Both the position numbers and the translations under genes were made by a program. From Eutreptiella sp. 'Long Island Sound 2002' (taxonomy: Eukaryota; Protista; Euglenida): a DNA stretch of 64,000 bases. Positions within the stretch are counted from its first letter, which is position 1; the number at the start of each line of letters is the position of its first letter. The notes beneath the pieces are model-generated. The model saw only the letters and a list, made by a program, of their open reading frames with translations. It searched no databases and was not told the DNA's origin. The stretch is taken from NCBI GenBank assembly GCA_964036045.1, contig OZ038379.1, forward strand, positions 6,138,001 through 6,202,000, given 5' to 3'. Positions 1-11,990 of this stretch are shown here, one piece after another.

Positions 1-941
1 CCGACTTTTAGTATGAGGGACTGGTGGTGACGGTTGCACGAGCTCACTGAATGTGCCAAAGCATATCATGATGGGGATGCACTAGTAGAATGTGATATCC
101 ATGTGCTACAAGAGATTGGAACCGAGGAAACATTGACAGGACCTTCTGTATTGGCAAGTGGAGAGGGGTTCAAGACAGGTTATGGCCCTTGGGTTGGAGG
201 TTCTAGTACAGTGCTTGGTTCTTTTTTCACTCCCGTTGGGCAAACCCTGGGGCACTAGAGGGAACCTAAGCAAAATGCAAGAGGACACAACACATAGAGT
301 GCAATGGCTACGGGAACTATCCCCGTGAAAACTACGTTGGTACGGGGAATACCACAACAAGCCTTGTATGGTGAACATCGGACATCCTCAACATGTCACA
401 ATCACCCACTACTATAATGAAATCTTATAATAAAATTGACATGACATCACAATGCAGCGTTCAAAACGCCCAAAAGTGAATTAAAGTGCATACCACTTCC
501 ACTGTTAAAAGTGAAAGCCCCTCTACAAAGTGGTGTAAAGGTGTGTATTTTGGCGCCTTTTTCACTATTTTTTTTGCAACCACCTCCAAATGGTCCACAC
601 CGACTTGGTTTCAATGTTAACAATGAATGTGGTGTTGCGCAAGCATTGACCACCGCCTCTATCTCGTCTGTTGTAAATCGCCATTCCACCGGCCACCTGC
701 TTCTCTCGACCCTTTCTTTCAATGTTGTGTCTAGTAACCCCGCTATCAAACCAGCCACATCAAAACCGGCCGGTGGTAAGAAGGCAAAGCCCAAACGTAG
801 AGCCAAGCAGGCTAGCTGACAGGTGAACACACTAGTGTAGATGGAGCCGGAGGGTGCTTCAAGATTGAAGCAGGAGGCAATAAAGGGGGAACGTTAGCGC
901 GCCGGGCGCGCCGGGCGCGCACCGGGCATCTTTTGTGACCC

Positions 942-1253
942 GTGCCCTACCGGTGGACTGTTGCCGTTGATATGTTGGGCAACATTATATGGATTTGCCC
1001 CTTGGCCCCCGGGACATCAACAGATGTTTTGATTTGGGATGGGTATGGACCTTCTCATACCCGAGGTGATTTCTTTGATTTCGAAGTTGGGGGCCATGAT
1101 GGTGCTTATAAGGCGCGGATTCATGTCATTGTGCCATTCATTGGAAGAAAGAATGGCACTTTGACAGCCCACCGACAATGTTACAATGACGTGCACGGGT
1201 GGTATAGGGCACGCATTGAGCAGCTGTTTGCTCGGTTGTGGCACGCAAGATGA
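942..1253 (+). pseudogene. DDE_Tnp_4 (Harbinger/IS5-like) transposase C-terminal fragment
   Basis: Translation VAVDMLGNIIW..PGTSTD..IW...HDGAY...PF...YNDVHGWYRARIEQLFARL matches the D-G..PGS..D / D.AY / YN..H...R..IE..F..L pattern of this family. The N-terminus is missing. Confidence 0.75.
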
Positions 1254-1269
1254 GGCAGAGGATGAGGCA

Positions 1270-1365
1270 GAAGTGTGTGTGTGTTGTGTTGCCAGAACGC
1301 TCCACCGTCGCAGTTTGTGATGAGTGTAAGGAGCACTATTGTACTGAATGTATTGACACCCACAC
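1270..1365 (+). pseudogene. Cys/His-rich B-box-like zinc-finger fragment
   Basis: VCDECKEHYCTECIDTHTC (C-x2-C-x4-C-x2-C-x3-H-x-C), preceded by an acidic DEAEDEAE stretch in another frame. Confidence 0.4.
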
Positions 1366-1379
1366 TTGTGGGACCAATG

Positions 1380-1533
1380 TTATGATGCAGCTCTGTTCGC
1401 GATACCTCAATAACGCCTATCGCTTCCACTAGAGATCGATGCGGTTGTGCTATCCTAACCCCCCATTCTCCCAACTTGCTAAGGTGTTGACCAAGATCGC
1501 CCTTAAAGGAGCGACAGTGGTACTGTGTACCCC
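1380..1533 (+). pseudogene. DNA N6-adenine methyltransferase fragment (NPPF motif, DIRS-associated type)
   Basis: One frame reads NNAYRFH*RSMRLCYPNPPFSQLAKVLTKIALKGATVVLCTP, with NPPF at 1457-1468. The TAG at 1430 sits where the conserved Trp (TGG) is expected. Confidence 0.65.
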
Positions 1534-2994
1534 AGTTTGCAACTTTCTTGAGCTGGGGCAGTTTGGGTCACCTAATTCTAAGGGCGTTTCCAAGGGGTGT
1601 GCTTGGGGGCTCTTCGGGGGGAACATAGTCTAAAAGTAGCGCGCCGGGCGCGCGCAGGGCAAACATTCCCCCAAAGCCAATGGCAGTTAATGTTTCCTCC
1701 GTGGCTCAGCTAGAGAATGCATCGAGCATGACTCGCGGATGGAAGTTTTAGGTCATGCTATGTAATTTGTCTGTGGGCGCTTGGTTGTCTGCACATGTGA
1801 TTAGTTCTATTTTTTTTGTCACCCAAGGCTGGCACCTGTTGCCTGATACTCTGTTGTGATTGGACTGGAGTTTCACTATCAACAATGAACCATTATTCCA
1901 TTCGTACGTGTGTGACGAATGTGTGTCAAAACACCATTGCTTTTTTATGCCACATGTTCCCTATTGTCTTGTTGAGTTGGTTGCATTTCTAAGTTGAAAT
2001 TCCACCCGATTTGGTTGTTCCTAGTTCCTGGCCAGCAAGTGTAGGATTTTTACCAAAGAGGGTGCCTCACGCGCGGTGCGTGCGTTGCGGACACACGGTG
2101 CGACTTTAGCCTGGTTAGCGTAGAATGGCAGTGCCATGGAACGTTGCCCCAAAGCGGTCATAGAGGTCCGAGCATCGCATTTTGGTGCCAATTGTTATGT
2201 TTGCGTGGGATCTAGCATGTTGGGGTCCCAAGTTTGACAGCAAGGCACCTTGTCAATTCAAAATTTTCGGTGGTGCAATAATCCGAGTTCTCACAGCGGG
2301 CTAAAGTGCGCGGTGCGGGCGCACGGTGCATTGAGGCAACTTCGGAGTGTAATTATTTTTGCCCGCTTTCTTGGGCTGAGGTTTCCGTTTTCCTTTTCTT
2401 TTTGCTACCATGTTTACAATGCTGCCACATTGATAGTGTCACTGTGGCTCCACAGTTTTACAATCATCCATATGACCTGTGCAGGGTGTGAATGTGTCTG
2501 TCCCAGTCTGCAAAGACACCAGATGTTTCACTATTAATAGTGAAACCCTGTCCTATTTCCCTATTTTGTGAGGTTTAGACAAATATTTGCACATTTGGAA
2601 GGGTACCGTACTTGGTCATGTGCTGCCCTATTGCCGCTGCATTTGTTCTGTATTGCATGCTGCATGTGCTTCTTCTTATGCTTAGGGGTAATCTCTAGTC
2701 CGGAGATCAAGGGCAGCAGTTGCTAACTGCGGTGCTGCAAGGTTTTCAATGTCTGAGGACCACCAACCATGGTGAACACAACCAGGGTTGTGTTTCACTG
2801 TTGAGAATTACATATTATGCAATTTACCCGTGACAACGGGGTTTTCAGAAATTCCACATTTACCTATTTTTCTTTTTTGGCCTTGAGGCCCAACAGCGAA
2901 AGTTTTTTGGCTATTTTGGGAGGCCCCGACGACCCGGTATGTCACGTTCGTACCCCCAAGATATGGTACCCATCGATGGTGCCTACGGGTTGGC

Positions 2995-3780
2995 CTAGGT
3001 TTGTGCTTTGATTTGCTGCCCACGGATGGTGCCAATGGGTGGTACCCACGGATGGTGCCTACAGATGGTGCCCACAGGTTTACTTATGCTTGTGCTTGAG
3101 TTTGGTGCCCACGGATGGGCCCCACAGATTGTGCCCGCGGCTGTTGTCCACGGACGGTGCCCACGGACGGTGCCCATAGATGGTGCCTTTGGTTGGTGCC
3201 CACGGGTGGATGGATGGTGCCCACGGATGGTGCCCACGGATGGAGCCCACGGATAGTGCCCACGGGTGATGCCCACGGGTGGTGCCCACGGATGGTGCCC
3301 ACGGATGGTGCCCACGGGTGGTATCCACGGTCACCGCCCACATATGGTGCCCACAGATGGTGCCCATGGGTTTGCCTAAGCGTGTGCCCGAGTTTGGTGC
3401 CCACGGATGGGCCCACAGATTGCGCCCAGGGATGTTGCCCACAGACGGTGCCCATGGACGGTGCCCGCAAATGGTGCCCCTGAATGGTCCCGAGGGGTGG
3501 ATCGATGGTGCCCACGGATGGTACCCACGGATGGGTCCCACGGATGGTCCCCATGGGTGATGCCCATGAGTGGTGCCCACGGATGGTGCCCACGGATGGT
3601 GCCCACGGATGGTGCTCATGGGTTTGCCCAAGTTTGGTGCCCACGGATGGTGTCCACAGGATTGCCTAGGGTTGGTGCCGAGGCAGGGTGCCCACGAATG
3701 GTGCCCACGGATGGTGCCCACGGGTTTGCCTACCTTTGGTGCCCGCGCTTCGTGCCCACGGATGGTGCCCATGCAACTAG
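2995..3780. repeat. 13-bp minisatellite (GGATGGTGCCCAC)n with ~240-290-bp higher-order blocks
   Basis: Tandem GGATGGTGCCCAC units. The block GAGTTTGGTGCCCACGGATGGGCCCACAGATTG recurs at 3098 and 3390, with a variant near 3630. Confidence 0.95.
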
Positions 3781-5149
3781 AACCATTTCTTTGCTTCATC
3801 CATTGTGACATAGCAATGTCATCACCAATGGGGCTGAAGGTGCTATGCAACTAGTACTCGGCACCACTCATAGTTCTTAAGAGAAGTAAATAATTAATGA
3901 AAAATCTTATTGGACCAAATGTCAATCCCATACATGAGCTGTCATTTGTTAGAGATGGCTTGTACCCTAGTGGGTCAATAGTGCTCCACAATGAAAAGGT
4001 TTTGGGTTCAATTACCCGGGTTGGCAACCTGTAGGAACACAGGCAGGGTTAGAGACACAAAGGAAACCCCCCCCCCCCCCTTTGTTTAGTTCTTCTTTGA
4101 TTTTCTCCGCTTTGTTAGGGACCCTTTAGAACATAGGATCTTGGATCGGAGGTCCAAACCCCCTAGTCCCTACATCCCGTCGGTGCTGTTTCAACCTCAA
4201 AAAGTTTGAATACCGACAACCTCAAGGCGCATTCATGCAGATGCTACACGGAGACACCAAAGCAACACGTTCGAAACATCATGCCGGACGCACTAATCCG
4301 CCAAAAATGACCCAACGCAAAGAGGTGGTGAGCTTTCAATCATCGCGCAGTGTGAGTGTGGCTTACAAGTTTGAAGAGACTCTTGGGAGGTGAATGCGTA
4401 GCGGAGACGCCAAAGAATCTCGTGCCCCACCACAAATCAGGTCAACCGCTCGCCTTAACGTACGAAAATAGACAATCTGCATGCTCATAGTGAGAATTTT
4501 GGTGGAAAAAACGCACCATGCGGGAACCTTGCCCACCACCCAAGTGTTGCCTAGACTGGACACATGCTTTCGTGTGCACCATGCCTACTCTTCTTCTCAT
4601 AGCCCCCCAACCCGGATGGGACTCATTTATGGATGAATTTAAATGAATTGGCACCACACCATTGGCACCGCACGTAGTACATGTTGTCTACGGAAAAACA
4701 ATAAATCTTTCTAGGCAAAGAATCCCAAATATCTTGCAAAGACGTTTCCCAAGCCAATCGTGGGTGAGCAAGTGCGACAACGGTACGGCGTGATTTGCGG
4801 GTATTCTAATATGTTCCTCTGATAGCCAAAGGCATCAATCATCTAGAAATTGAAGTTCTTTCTAACTATCCACTTGACTATTCTCCACATCGCCGGGTGC
4901 TAGTCGGTTAGGCAAGTAGGAGCGCAAGAAAGCCACACAGTCCACGAAGCTCAAATTAGGCTTGGGAGAGTCAAGCAACCCAAATCAGAGGTTACTAGGT
5001 TATCAAGTATGTGTGTGTGGGGGGGGGGGGGGGGGGTCAGTAGAGCCCCAAAAATCTGGGGGGCGGGGGTTGGGGGTTGGGAAAAGGGCCCATTTGACAC
5101 ACACCATTCTTGCATGGAGAAGAGGCACCACTATGTCTCTTGTCCATGT

Positions 5150-6110
5150 CTCCCGACACTGGGGAACCCCGAGAAGGTAGGGGTTATGTAGCCACTTTGA
5201 TCCTTCCCCATAATGGGGACTCCCAAGAAGGCAGGGGTGACATAGCCACTTTTGATTATGTGCCCTCTTCCAGGGACCCACAAGAACACAGGGGTGAGCT
5301 AGCGATTACAGCCACTTGTGGGCCCCCAAGAAGGCAGGGGTGGTTGATCCATTTCTGATTTTGTGCCCTTTTTTTGGCGTTGCGTAGCAATTCCGCCCAA
5401 TTGTGGGCCCCCGAGAAGGCAGGGGTGATGTAGCTAGTTCTGATTTCGTGCTCTCTTCTGGGGACCCCCGAGAAAATAGGCGTCGTGTAGCAATGCCGCC
5501 CACTTGTTGGCCCCCAAGAAGGCAGGGGTGCTATAGCCACTTCCGATTTTGTTTGCTTCTCTCGGGACTCCCGAGAACGAAGGGGTTGCGTAGCAATTCT
5601 GCCCTATTCTGGCCCCCGAGAAGGCATGGATGATGTAGCCATTTCTGATTCTGTCCCTTATTCTGGGAATCCCCGAGAATGCAAGGGTTACGTTGCAATT
5701 CCGCCTAATTTCCGACCCTCGAAAAGGCAAGGGTGATGCAGCCACTTCTGATTTTGTCCTCTTTGTTTGTGACCCCCGAGAACACAGGGAATTATGTAGC
5801 AATCCCGCTCTCTTGTGGCCCTTTGAGAAGGCACGGGTGATGTAGCCACTTCTGATTTTGTCCTCTTTTTTCGGGACCCCTCAGAACGCCAGGGATTATG
5901 TCGCAATTTTGCCCTCTTGTGGGCCAATGGGAAGGCATGGGTGATGTAGTCACTTCTGATTTTGTGCCCTCTTCTGGGGGACCCTTAGAACACAGAGGTT
6001 AAACAATTCCACTCACTTGTGGGCCCCCGAGAAGGCACGGGCTGATGTAGCCAATTCTGATTTTGTCCCTCTCTTTGGGGACCCTCGGACGGCAGAGGTG
6101 ATTTGGCAAT
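5150..6110. repeat. 104-bp satellite (dimer of a ~52-bp unit)
   Basis: GTAGCCACTTCTGATTTTG landmarks near 5635, 5738, 5842, 5946 and 6047 (period 101-104). Confidence 0.85.
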
Positions 6111-6149
6111 TTTGGTTGGTGCCCACTTTTCAGATCATGAGTAGGTTTG

Positions 6150-9100
6150 GGCTTATGTAGGCACATCGATTGCTCCCAATTTTGGGGACCCGCGAAGGCA
6201 AGGGACATGTAGCCACATTGATTTTCACCACTTTGGGGTCTCCGCAAGGAAAGGCTTATGCGAGGCACCTTGATTGCTCACCACTTTGGCCACCCCGAGA
6301 ACACGGACATTATGTCGCAACATTGATTGCTCCCCATTTCAACGATCCCCGGAAGGCATAGGTGATGTGGCCACATTGCTGCGAGAGGGAAGGGGTTATG
6401 TAGCCATGTTGATTGCTCCCCACTTTCGGGGCCCCGGGAATTGCAAGCTGACTTAACCACCACAATTGCTCGCAACTTGGAGGACCACAAGAGGGAACGG
6501 ACTACGTAGCCACACTGCTGGCCCCCTACTTTGGGATGCTTAGAAATCAACGGTAAGGTAGCCACATTGATTGTGTTTCCCTTTGGGGACTCTGAAAAGG
6601 TTGGGGTTACATAGTTTCATTGATTGCTCCACTCTTTGGGATACCGAGCAAGCAATCGTTACATAGCCACATTCGTGAGTTGACTTTGCCACATTGATTG
6701 CTCCCCATTTTGGGGACCCCAAGAAGGAAGGAACTATGCAGCCATGTTGCTTGCTCCCCACATTGGGGATTCCCAGAAATCAACGGACAGGGAATCACGT
6801 TGATTGTTTCGCATTTTTGTGACCGTGAGAACGCAGTGTTGATGCAGCCTCATTCACTGCTTCGCAGTTTGGGGATCCTCAAGAGGTATTTGTTATGCGG
6901 GCACCTATATTTCTCCCCTCTTTGGGAATATCGCAAAGAGAAAAATTATGTAGCCTCATTCATTATAGCACATTTTGTGGACTCCACGAAGGCAGGGTTG
7001 TATAGGCCCTTCGTATTGCGCCCACATCGCCGCAATAGGTGAAGGTAGCGGATTATGTGCCCATTATGGTTGTTCCCCGCTTTGGGGATTGTGAGATGGC
7101 AAGGTTCTGTACCCACATGGATTGCTCACCACGTTGGGGTACTTGAGAAGGCACGCGTCATGTATCCACAATGATTGCTCACCAAATTGGGGACTATGTG
7201 AAGGCACAAGTTCTTTACCCAAATTGGCTCCTCTCACATTGGTGCCGGCGACAAGGTAGTGGTTATGTAGCTGTATTGATTACTCCCCGCTTTGGCGACC
7301 TCCAGAAGGTTATATAGGCACATTCATTGCTCCTTGCTGGGGCATCCATCGATGTAGCCACATTGATTGCTCATCACGATGGAAAATCTCCCAAGCCAAT
7401 GGTTATGCAGCCAAGTTGCATGGTGTCACATTGGCGCCCGTGAGAAGCCAATGGTTATATAGCCATAATGATTTCTCCCCGCTTTGGGGACCTCGAGAAG
7501 GCAGCGGTTATGTAGCAACATTGATTCCTCACCACGTTGAGGACCCCGCGAAGGCAGCAGTCGTGTGACCACATTTATTGCTCACCAGGTTGGGAATTCA
7601 AGGGTCGTGTTGCTAGAATGACTGCTCTCACACTAGGGCCCACGAGAAGGCAAAGGTTTTGTGACCGAATTGATTGCTGCCCGCTTCGGCGATCTTGAGA
7701 AGGCAGCAATGATGCAGCTACATTGATTGCCTACCACGTTGGCATCTCCGACAAGGCAGGGGTTATGTAGCCACATTGATTGCCCGGGATGTTGGGGAAA
7801 CCGCGAAGGAAAGGGTTACGTAGCAAGATTGATTCCTCTCAGATTGCGGCGTGCGAGAAGGCGGTTAATTTGTAGCGGTATCGATTGCTCCGCGCTTTGA
7901 GGATCTCGAGATGGCAGCGGTAAGGAAGACTCATACATTGCTGTCCTCTTTGGGGAACCTGCAACGGTAAGGTTTTGCAGCTGCATCGTTTCCTCAACAC
8001 TTTGGAGATGGCGAGCAGGGAGAGCTCATTTAGCTAGATTCATTACTCCTAGCTTTGGGGGCCCTAAGATGGCAGCGATTGTGCAGCCATATTGATTGCT
8101 CACCATGTTGGGGACTCTCTGAAGGCGGTGGTTATGTAGCCATGTTGATTGTTTCCCGTGTTTCGGGCGTCGACAAGGCAGCGGTTATGTAGCCACATTG
8201 ATTGCTCACCACGCCGGGAACCCGTTTAGGCATGGGTTGTGTGGCCACAAAAATTGCTCCCACATTGGGGCCCGCGAGAAGGCAATGGTTTTAAACCCCC
8301 CTATTGATTGCTTTCCGCCTTGGGGACCCCGAGATGGCAGTGGTTATTAGCCACATTAATTGCACATCCTTTTGAGGACTCTACAAAGACGGGGTTTACG
8401 TAGGCCCATCGATCGCTCACCACGTTAGAGACACTAATAAGGCATGGGTAATGTAGCGACATTGATTGCTGACCATGTTGGGAACACGGAGAAGCCAAGG
8501 GTTATGTAGCCATAGTCATTGCTCTCACATTGGGGGCCGCGAGAAGGCAGCTTTTTTGTAGCCGCATTGATTGCTCCCTGCTTTGGGGACCTCGACAAGG
8601 CAACAGTTAGGAATGCACATTGATAGCTCTCTCTTGTAGGGAAGTTGCAAAGCTATCATTTTGGAGCCGCATTGGTTGCTCAACACTTTGGTGACACTGA
8701 GAAGGGACTAGATACATTGCTTTTAGCTTTGGTGACCCGAGGAGGCATTGATGGTGTCGCCATGTTGATTGCTCCACTCTTTGCGGATCGCAAGAAGGCG
8801 GTCGTTACGTCATGACTTTAATTTGTCCGCTCTTTGGGGATCTTGCAAAGACAAGAGTTATGTAACCACATTTAGTGCTCCCCCCTTTGGAGACCCCGAG
8901 AAGGATGAGCTAACTTAGGCACGTCCATTGGTCCCCACTGTAGGGGGCCCAACAAGGAAAAGACTATCTAGCCACGTTGCTTACTCCCCACTTTGGGGAT
9001 CGTGGGAAAGCAACCGCTAGGTAAGTCCATTCATTGTGTCCCATTGTGCGGAGAAGGCGTTTGTTATCTAGCCAATTTCATTGCTACACATTTGAGGATC

Positions 9101-11990
9101 GCAAGAAGGTAGCCATAATGTTTCCACACCGATTGCCCCGCACTTTGGGGTTCCCCGCCGGGCCAGGGACTGTAGAGCCAGAGCCCCACTTATTGCTCCC
9201 TACGTTGGGGCTTCTATAAGGTATGGGTTTTGTAGCCACATTGGTTGTCCACCATGTTTGGGACCCAGAAAAGGCAGGGGTTTTTTAGCCAAATTGATTG
9301 CTCTCACATAGGGCCTTGTGAGAAGTCAGCGTTTATGTAGGTATATTGAGGCACGGGGACATGGAGAATGCAGCGATCATGTAGCCGCATTCATTGCTCA
9401 CCACGATAAGGACCTGGAGAAGGCATGGGTCGTTTGTCCACATTGATTGCCCACCACGTTGGGACCCCGAGAGGGTAGGGTTTACGTTGGCCACGTTGAT
9501 TGCTCACCACGTTGCGGGACCTAAGAAGGCAGGGGCTATGTGGCCATATTCATTGCTCTCACATGCAGGCCCGCGAGACGGCAGTAGTATTGTAGCCGTA
9601 TTGCTTGCTTGCCGCTTTGGGGACCCACAATAAAAGCCGCGTTTATGTGGCCGATTGGATTGCTTCACTCTACGAAGGCGGGGGTTATGCAGCCAAATTA
9701 ATCACATTGGGATTTTGGACAATGCAGTGGATATGTGGCGGTATTGATTGATTCTTGCTTTGGGGACCCCAAGAAGGCCTTGGTTATGTGGCCACCTTCA
9801 ACCCGCACCACTTTGTGAACCACAAGAACGCAACTGTCATGTGACCGTATTGATTGTTCACCACGCTGGGGCCCCGAGAAGGCAATCACCATGGAGCCGA
9901 ATGGATTGTTCGAGCCCACGAGAAGGCGGTGGTTTTTGAGCCGTGTTGATTGCTCCCCGCTTTGGGGACCTCGTGATGGCTGCGGTGAGGAGATATGATT
10001 TGGAAAATCTTCCAAGTTACATTTTGGCAGCCGCATTGACTACTCAACGCTTTGGTGACACTGAGGAGGGAGTGCTCATTGATCTAGATTCGTTACCATG
10101 AGCTTTCGGGACTCTGAGAAGTAGTGGTTATGTTGCCATGTTGATTGATCCACTCTCTGGGGTTATCCAGAAGGAAATTGTTTATCCACCAATTTAGGAT
10201 CTGGCAAGGGAAAGAGTTATGTAGCCACATTTAGTGCTCTCCCCCTTCGAGACTCTCGGAGGGTAGGGTGGCCAATTCAATTGTTCCACACTTCCACACA
10301 CATCGTCAGAAGGTCGTCCTAATGTTAGCACGTTGATTGCCCCGCATGTTGGGTTGCCCGCCATTGCAGGAGTTGTGTACCCAATAGGATTTCCCTCTAC
10401 CATGGGCACTCTACGAAGGCGGCAGCTATGTAGCCACATTGATTGCTTAGCACGTTGAGGACCCCGAGATGGCTGGCGCTATGTAGTCAAAATGATTGCT
10501 GTCACATGCGGCCCTGCGTGAAGGCATTGTTCATGCAGCCACATTGATTGCTCACCATGTTGGGGCCCTCGTTGTATAGCCAGATTCAATGCTATCACGT
10601 TGGGGTCCGCTAGAAGGGAATCATTTTGTAGCCGTATTGGTTGCTCCCCGGTCTCGGCACCCCAGGAAGGCGAGGGTGATGTAGCTATGTTTGTTGCTCC
10701 CCGATGGGGACTCTACAAAAGCGGGGGTTATGTAGCCACATCGATTGCTCATTGTGTTAGGTAACTCTGCGAAGGTAGAGGGTATGTAGCCAACCTGATT
10801 GCTCCCACATCCGAGCCCCTGAAAAAGCGGTGGTGTGTAGCGGCATTGATTGCTGCCACCTTCAGGGACCTCGAAAAGGCAGCGGCTATGTCGCCACATG
10901 GATTGCGCACCAAGTTCGGGGCCCGGAGAACAACGTTTATGGAGCCACAATGATTGCTCACCATGTTGGGGACCCCGCAAAGACATGGTTCATGTAGCCA
11001 CATTGAGCAACTTGGAAATTATCACGCGTACTGGTTGGTCGTCCTCGGGGTATATGTCGTGTGCCTTGGTGATGTCACACATATCGACGTCGCCCTTGCA
11101 GAATGCGCGGTTGTAGTATGCGTCACACCGATCCTTCGGGTGCGACGCGTTATCGATGATTGTCGTGTAATCAGTGTACGCGCCTTCCGTGTCACCAACG
11201 GCTATGCGCACCAACGCTCTGAGCTCACCCTGTTGGGGACATTGCCCACCATGTTCTGGACAGCAAGAAGGCAGGGTTGATATAGCTACATTGATTGCTC
11301 TCACATTTGGGCCCCCAACCAGGCCATGTTTTTGCAGCCGTCTTGATTCCTCCATCATTTGGGTTCTCGAGCAGGCAGCGTTTCTGTAGCCACATTGATT
11401 GCTCACCCCTGTGGGTGCTCTACGAACACGGGTGTTATGTAGCCAAATTCATTGCTCGCCACGTTGCAATGAATGAAATGAATGGGGATAGTGAGAAGGC
11501 AAGGATGATGTTGCCACATTGATTGCCGCACATTAGGGCCCGCGAGAAGGCCGTGCTTTTGTAGCCGTTTTGATTGCTCTTTTTTTGGAGACCTTGAGAA
11601 GGCAACAATTGTGTAGCCACATTGAATGCTCCCCACTTATGGGACTGCCCCGCAGTAGGCGTTATGTCGCCACTTTTATTACTCCCCACTTTTGGGACTC
11701 CCCCTCAGCACGTGTGCTGCAGCCACTTAGATTGCTCCCCGGTTTCTAAACCCTGACGCCATAGAGGTTACGTGGCCACATTAATTTCACCCCACTTCGA
11801 TGATGCCAGCAAGGCAGAGGTGATGTAGCCACGTTGATTGTCCCCACATTGGTGACCTCGAGAACGTTGGAGTCATGTAGCCACATTCATCCCCAAGTTG
11901 AGCACCCGGGAAGTCTGAGTTGACTTTGCGAAATTGATGGCTCTCCAATTCGGGGAATAGGGGTATGTCGCACCGCTGCCCAGATTTGGG
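6150..11990. repeat. Diverged ~52-bp satellite array
   Basis: Consensus GGGGACCCCGAGAAGGCAGGGGTTATGTAGCCACATTGATTGCTCCCCACTTT, e.g. near 7460, 7512 and 7565. Confidence 0.9.

Larger units (their letters stand above)
885..1672 (+). mobile_element. Internally deleted PIF/Harbinger-like DNA transposon (copy 1)
   Basis: Imperfect TIRs GGGGGAACGTTAGC (885) and GGGGGAATGTTTGC (reverse complement of 1659-1672), 12/14 identical. Flanked by AAA on both sides (882-884, 1673-1675). Contains a DDE transposase fragment. The right-end 143 bp recur at 14930-15072. Confidence 0.7.

Noticed and set aside
447-830. 127-aa minus-strand ORF and neighbouring ORFs at 1-830
   Set aside because: No recognisable motif and no second copy to test conservation.
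1800-1820. TCTATTTTTTTTG resembling the 3' half of a euglenid spliced leader
   Set aside because: Only ~12 low-complexity bases match; the upstream half and a GT donor context of an SL RNA gene are not convincing.
2995-3854. Many overlapping ORFs up to 256 aa
   Set aside because: Translations of the 13-bp minisatellite.
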